DNA of 64,000 bases. Origin: Bacteriovoracia bacterium. GTDB lineage: Bacteria > Bdellovibrionota > UBA1018 > JBFWNL01. Both the position numbers and the translations under genes were made by a program. Below, in pieces: positions 59,229 through 64,000 of the stretch (position 1 is the first letter of the stretch; each line of letters opens with the position of its first letter). Below the pieces are notes generated by a model. That model had not been told where the DNA came from. It saw only the letters and a list, made by a program, of their open reading frames with translations, and did no database searches. The stretch lies in assembly GCA_050251055.1 (NCBI GenBank), contig JBFWNL010000003.1, positions 1-64,000 of the forward strand. The letters are read 5' to 3'.

Positions 59229-61622
59229 GTGACGTTCGAAACTTGGCTTAAAGACCGAAATCCTGAAATTCCCGGCGCGGGCGCCGCCGCCGTGTTGAAA
59301 CTCGCCGCCGAGGGCGGCACCGTGCCGTTCATCGCCCGCTACCGTAAGGAGCAAACGGGCAACCTCGACGAAGTCGCCATCCGCGCCGTAATCGAAGGCC
59401 GTGAAGAGTGGGATGAACTCGTCAAGCGCCAAGAATTTATCGTTTCCGAGATCGAGAAGCAGGGCAAGCTCACCCCCGAGCTCAGGGCCCGGGTGCTGGA
59501 GACTTTCCACCGCGACACGCTGGAAGACATCTACCTTCCCTATAAAGTGAAACGAAAGACCAAGGCGACGCTCGCGCGCGAGGCCGGACTCGAACCTTTG
59601 GCGGATTGGATCTGGAACTGCGGTCACGGCACCGAAACCCCGCAACCTGGCCAAACCCTACAGCTTTGGGCCTTCACGTTCCGCAACGAGGCCGCCGGAT
59701 TCAAAGAAGTAGAGCAGGTCATCGAAGGGGCGCAGAGCATCGTGATCGAGCGCCTGTCCGAGAATTTGGAGCTGCGCCAGTTCGTGCGCGACGAAGCCAA
59801 TGCCAAGGGCTTCTTCGTTAGCACCAAGGGTGACAAGGCGAAACCCAACAGCAAGTTCGAAAACTATTTCAACTTCCGCGAACCGGTGAAGTCGCTCATC
59901 CAACCCCAGAACTCCCATCGCTACCTTGCCATGCGCCGAGGCCAAGAAGAGGGCGAGCTTTCCTACACGTTAGGTGGCGGAGCGGACGACGCGGAATTCG
60001 AAAATCGGCTGCTCACGCGCTTTCGCCAAGAAGCAATTGGCCAGCCCGATTCACCGGGACACGAAGTGCTGGAGCGTGCGGCGACGCTCGCGCTGAAGGC
60101 CTACGTTTTCCCGAGCATCGAAACCGAGATCAACAAAGCCGTGAAGAAAGTGGCCGACGAAACCGCGATCACCGTCTTCGCCGAAAACGTCCGTAAGCTA
60201 CTACTCGCCTCTCCCCTGGGCCCCAAGGCCGTATTGGGCGTGGATCCGGGGCTGCGCACCGGCTGCAAGCTCGCCGTGGTGGATCAGACCGGTAAGTATC
60301 TTACCAGTACGGTGATTTATCTGCAGTCCGACGACGCGAAGGCGAATGCGGCAAAGTTATTGGTGGAAGCCGTGAAGAACGCCGGCATCGAGGCGATTGC
60401 CGTCGGGAACGGCACCGCCGGGCGCGAAACCGAACTTTTCGTGCGCAAGACGCTCAAGGAAGCCGGGCACGAAGTACCCGTCATCATGGTCAGCGAGGCG
60501 GGGGCGAGCGTTTATAGCGCGAGCGACACCGCCCGCGAAGAATTCCCCGAGTTGGACGTCACCGTCCGCGGCGCGATCTCCATTGCCCGGCGCCTGCAAG
60601 ACCCGCTGGCCGAGCTCGTGAAGATCGACCCCAAGAGTATCGGCGTGGGCCAGTACCAGCACGACGTATCCCAACCGGCGCTGGCACGTTCGCTCGAGGG
60701 CGTGGTGGATTCCTGCGTGAACGGCGTCGGGGTGAATCTCAACACCGCGTCTTACCACTTGCTTGCCCACGTGTCGGGCATCGGGCCGGGCCTTGCGAAA
60801 TCGATCGTGGAATTTCGTGGAAAAAAAGGCCTCTTCCAGTCCCGCCAGCAACTACTGGAAGTTCCCCGTTTCAGCGATAAAGCGTTTGAGCAGGCAGCGG
60901 GCTTCCTGCGCATTCCCGACGCCGATAACCCGCTCGACAACACGGGCGTGCACCCGGAGCGCTACGGCATCCTGGAGAACTTCGCCAAGAAAACCAGCCG
61001 CACGCTAGGCGATCTCTTGGGCGCGGGTGTGCAAGCCCTGCGGGGAGCCGACGAGCTTCGCCAAGAAATCGGATCGTTCACCTTTCTCGACATGATCCGC
61101 GAGCTCGAGAAGCCAGGGCGCGACCCCCGCGAGGAGTTCACCGTTTTTCAGTTCCGCGACGACATCCATCAGCTCTCCGACTTGAAGCCCGGCTTAAGCT
61201 GCCCGGGGATCGTGACCAACGTCACGAACTTCGGGGCGTTCGTCGATATCGGCGTTCATCAAGACGGGCTCGTGCATCTCTCCCAGCTGAGCAATAAATT
61301 CATCAAGGATCCGCGCGAGGTAGTGAGCCCCGGCGATCGCGTGCAGGTGAAGGTGCTCGAAGTGAACCTGGAAAAGAAACAGATCTCGCTCACGATGAAG
61401 GGTGCGGAGCCCGCGGCGGCTAGGCCGGTCCGACGCGAACGGGCCCCCCGCGCCCCAAAACCCCGCGATTCGCGCGATTCCCGGGGTCCGCGTGGGCCCC
61501 TGCCTAAAGCCAGCGCGCCCCGGCCGAACCCCAATGCCAAAACGATCAAGCCCAAGGAAGCGTTCAATAACCCTTTTGCCGCGCTCGCGGGCCTCAAAGG
61601 CGGACTGAAGTCCAATAAGTAA
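59229..61622 (+). CDS. tex: Tex-family transcription accessory protein (S1 domain)
   Basis: TVPFIARYRKE.TG.LDE, GVDPGLRTGCK, DPKSIGVGQYQHD, S1 FGAFVDIGVHQDGLVH. Confidence 0.96.
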   Translation: MTFETWLKDRNPEIPGAGAAAVLKLAAEGGTVPFIARYRKEQTGNLDEVAIRAVIEGREEWDELVKRQEFIVSEIEKQGKLTPELRARVLETFHRDTLEDIYLPYKVKRKTKATLAREAGLEPLADWIWNCGHGTETPQPGQTLQLWAFTFRNEAAGFKEVEQVIEGAQSIVIERLSENLELRQFVRDEANAKGFFVSTKGDKAKPNSKFENYFNFREPVKSLIQPQNSHRYLAMRRGQEEGELSYTLGGGADDAEFENRLLTRFRQEAIGQPDSPGHEVLERAATLALKAYVFPSIETEINKAVKKVADETAITVFAENVRKLLLASPLGPKAVLGVDPGLRTGCKLAVVDQTGKYLTSTVIYLQSDDAKANAAKLLVEAVKNAGIEAIAVGNGTAGRETELFVRKTLKEAGHEVPVIMVSEAGASVYSASDTAREEFPELDVTVRGAISIARRLQDPLAELVKIDPKSIGVGQYQHDVSQPALARSLEGVVDSCVNGVGVNLNTASYHLLAHVSGIGPGLAKSIVEFRGKKGLFQSRQQLLEVPRFSDKAFEQAAGFLRIPDADNPLDNTGVHPERYGILENFAKKTSRTLGDLLGAGVQALRGADELRQEIGSFTFLDMIRELEKPGRDPREEFTVFQFRDDIHQLSDLKPGLSCPGIVTNVTNFGAFVDIGVHQDGLVHLSQLSNKFIKDPREVVSPGDRVQVKVLEVNLEKKQISLTMKGAEPAAARPVRRERAPRAPKPRDSRDSRGPRGPLPKASAPRPNPNAKTIKPKEAFNNPFAALAGLKGGLKSNK

Positions 61623-61733
61623 TCGCCAACGTCCCGGACTGTTAAGAAAACGGGAAAATCTCCGCCCCTTTTTTGAACCCCCAAGTCGCTGGGAAAACCA
61701 CGGGTTGCCTCGACACACCCTCCCCCTCGCTCT

Positions 61734-61762
61734 TTGACCTAAACCCAGAAAAACGCTAAAAT
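61734..61762 (+). promoter_or_regulatory. Sigma70 promoter TTGACC-17-TAAAAT
   Basis: Near-consensus, upstream of the propeller lipoprotein gene. Confidence 0.7.
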
Positions 61763-61801
61763 AATAGGGAAGTCACAAAACCGTTGAACGTTGGAGAAAC
61801 T

Positions 61802-63784
61802 GTGAACTTTACGTGGAGAACCATCTGCGCCGTGCTCGCCGGGGCTTTGCCCTGGGGGTGCTCGTCCAGCTTGGACTTTTCCCTCAACGGCGGCGACTCG
61901 GCGCTGGAAATCGCCCAGAACGAAAGCGCCTCCGGCGGCGGAGCATCGAGTGGTCTACCGTCGTTGCAGCTCACCCTAAGTTCCGAACATCCACTCTGGG
62001 CCAGCGTCTCCATGGACGAAAGTCTACTAACGATGGACCGCACGGTCTATTCGACATCTACAGAATATTCCATTCACGCAAACTCTACGCCGACCACCCC
62101 CTCGAACATATTCGTCGACGGCGGGGCTTCCAGCGGTAGCGGTACGATCCCTCTTTCCAACCCAGGCAGCCCGATGAGCACCCGCAATGTTTCCAGCAGC
62201 TATTCCGTTTTAGCCACCCTGACCACCGTCGGCACCACCGCGGGCTACCACTGCACCTTCTGGGGCCTAGCTTGGGGCGGCCAATTCTGTACTTTTAACA
62301 CCTCGATTTCGATCGATCCCTTCGATCAATCCATGGACCCGTACTTTACGGCAGCGTCCAACTCAGGCCAAGGCCCCACTTTCACGAGTAACTCCCTGTC
62401 CATTCTGAAATTCAAATATCAGAAACGCGCATCATTCACCGGGACCGGCAGCGAAGCCCCGCAGGATGCCCGGCGCTTTGGCAACCAACTCGTCTTTTCC
62501 GCGGAGCTCAGTAGCGGGGTACGTAAACTCCACACCATTTCCCAGGTCGAACGCTTTCAGCGTATGCTAACCGCGAACAGCGACAGCGTTACGGACAATC
62601 CGAAGTACTTCCACGAATACCGGGGGAATTTGTACTACACGCTCTTGAACGGCCCCTATCGGGAAATTTATCGGCTAGACAGCGCGGGAAATGCCAGCAA
62701 AGTATTTTCCGACCGTGCCGGCGATACCGGCGAAGTCCTGACCAATCAAGTGGTCGTGGGCACCTCCGATAACAAACTCATCTTCGGCGCACTCACCGAC
62801 TCTTTGCCGAACTCGTCTAAATTTTACGCTTATGAAGAAGGGGCAGGCGCGGGCGCGCAGTTCTTCGAAATCAACGCCAGTAACCAGAACGACCTAGCTG
62901 ATCACGTCGGGGTCACCCTCGACGGGTACTTTTACTTTTATGCGTTCCATCCACAGGGCGGGGCCAAGCTCATGCGGCGAACCCCATTGGGAGCTTTAGA
63001 AGTAGTCTCCGACACTCGAAGCGACCTCACGGCCCACGACGTCATCCGGGAAATCACCGTGCACAACGGCAAGGTCTTCTTCACCGCCAAAAGCCCGAAC
63101 GGCTATCGGAAGCTATACACATACGATCCTTCGGCGAGCAAGGTATACCAGGTCAGTAACACCGCCGGTGCCGGTTCGGATTTTCTCACGCCGAACGGGA
63201 ATTCCCCCACCTTTCTCCACAAGTTCGGTGACGCGCTATTCGTAACCGCCGCCTCTACGAACGAAAGCTGTTTCCACCTCTATAAAGTCGTGAACAACTC
63301 GCTGGACCGCCTGCCCCCGACCAACAATGGCGGCTGCGACGATCCGGGTTTCGATCCCCGCTTGGATACCCAGGACTCGAAAAACTGGAATGTGTTTCTG
63401 TCGTCCACGGTCGATAGCCGGCTTTACTTCGCCGCCCGCAATCATCTGGGCAAATTCAAGCTTCATTCGTACGATGGAACGTCGGTAAGAGTCGTGTCGA
63501 ACACCGCGCGCGACACGAATTTGCCCGACGCGCCTCGATCGCTGGTGGATTATGGTGGCGCGGTCTACTTCGGATCCTATGACGCGACCGGGGCCGAGAA
63601 GGCTCATCGCCTCTATGAAGGGGAGATTCAACAAATGACGGATCTCCAAGGGAACAGCCATGACGGCTTTCGAATGCCGGTGGTGGTCGGAGATTTCCTT
63701 TACTTCTTCGGATACACCGACACTTCCAGCACCACCGAGTCGCTTTATCAGTTCTGTGATCTTAGCGTGGGATGCGACCTCTAG
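61802..63784 (+). CDS. Lipoprotein with Ser/Thr-rich linker and ELWxxDGT-like beta-propeller
   Basis: PWGC lipobox-like; repeats FF(T/S)A....KL(Y/H).YDG/P, e.g. KLHSYDGT. Confidence 0.78.
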   Translation: MNFTWRTICAVLAGALPWGCSSSLDFSLNGGDSALEIAQNESASGGGASSGLPSLQLTLSSEHPLWASVSMDESLLTMDRTVYSTSTEYSIHANSTPTTPSNIFVDGGASSGSGTIPLSNPGSPMSTRNVSSSYSVLATLTTVGTTAGYHCTFWGLAWGGQFCTFNTSISIDPFDQSMDPYFTAASNSGQGPTFTSNSLSILKFKYQKRASFTGTGSEAPQDARRFGNQLVFSAELSSGVRKLHTISQVERFQRMLTANSDSVTDNPKYFHEYRGNLYYTLLNGPYREIYRLDSAGNASKVFSDRAGDTGEVLTNQVVVGTSDNKLIFGALTDSLPNSSKFYAYEEGAGAGAQFFEINASNQNDLADHVGVTLDGYFYFYAFHPQGGAKLMRRTPLGALEVVSDTRSDLTAHDVIREITVHNGKVFFTAKSPNGYRKLYTYDPSASKVYQVSNTAGAGSDFLTPNGNSPTFLHKFGDALFVTAASTNESCFHLYKVVNNSLDRLPPTNNGGCDDPGFDPRLDTQDSKNWNVFLSSTVDSRLYFAARNHLGKFKLHSYDGTSVRVVSNTARDTNLPDAPRSLVDYGGAVYFGSYDATGAEKAHRLYEGEIQQMTDLQGNSHDGFRMPVVVGDFLYFFGYTDTSSTTESLYQFCDLSVGCDL

Positions 63785-63803
63785 GCGCGGCAGTTAACGC
63801 GCG

Positions 63804-64000
63804 CTAATCTACGTAGTCGAGCTCTTTTCCGTACGTTTCATCCAGCCCCCGCAGGCCCAGGAAAGCCGCGGCGAGCGCGACGATACCCACGATCAATGCG
63901 CTTTGCAGCAAGGGTTGGGATTGACGCAAAGATTGAAACGCCAAAGTGAGCACGACGACGGATCCACGCACGAAATTGGGCGTGCTGGTGGTAACGGTCG
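63804..64000 (-). CDS. C-terminal part of an MFS transporter (runs off window)
   Basis: Hand translation TVTTSTPNFVRGSVVVL...ETYGKELDYVD*. Confidence 0.75.
   Translation of the reverse strand, partial: TVTTSTPNFVRGSVVVLTLAFQSLRQSQPLLQSALIVGIVALAAAFLGLRGLDETYGKELDYVD

Overview
GC-rich bacterial chromosomal segment with no rRNA, tRNA, CRISPR array, transposase or integrase that I could recognise. The gene content suggests a predatory Bdellovibrionota-like lineage (inference): stand-alone spdEFG1-type EF-G, many orphan Sec-secreted proteins and lipoproteins, a PilZ membrane protein, a pilin-like protein and two SLT transglycosylases. The housekeeping backbone (rnd, cyaY, dinG-exo, prfC, mutT, fadD, ubiB-like, bolA-grxD, nth, polX, gap-pgk-tpiA-secG, xth, orn, fusA, rimK, tex) is interspersed with orphan secreted genes. 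Most notable: (1) a self-contained cassette at 49012-55032, with an XRE-like regulator and MFS transporter divergent, across tandem palindromic operators, from a small secreted peptide, a structured leader with a candidate antisense RNA, and a four-gene secreted operon led by a coiled-coil protein and an apparent distant paralog; (2) a highly structured + strand RNA element downstream of fusA (about 40729-41050) with an extended Shine-Dalgarno, a 17-codon ORF and a terminator, upstream of (3) two translationally coupled large BPI/LBP(TULIP)-like secreted proteins; (4) a secreted PI4K/HipA-like kinase convergent with a lipoprotein dual-specificity phosphatase; (5) a PolX lacking its polymerase aspartates. 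All family calls come from motif recognition by eye; no database searches were run.
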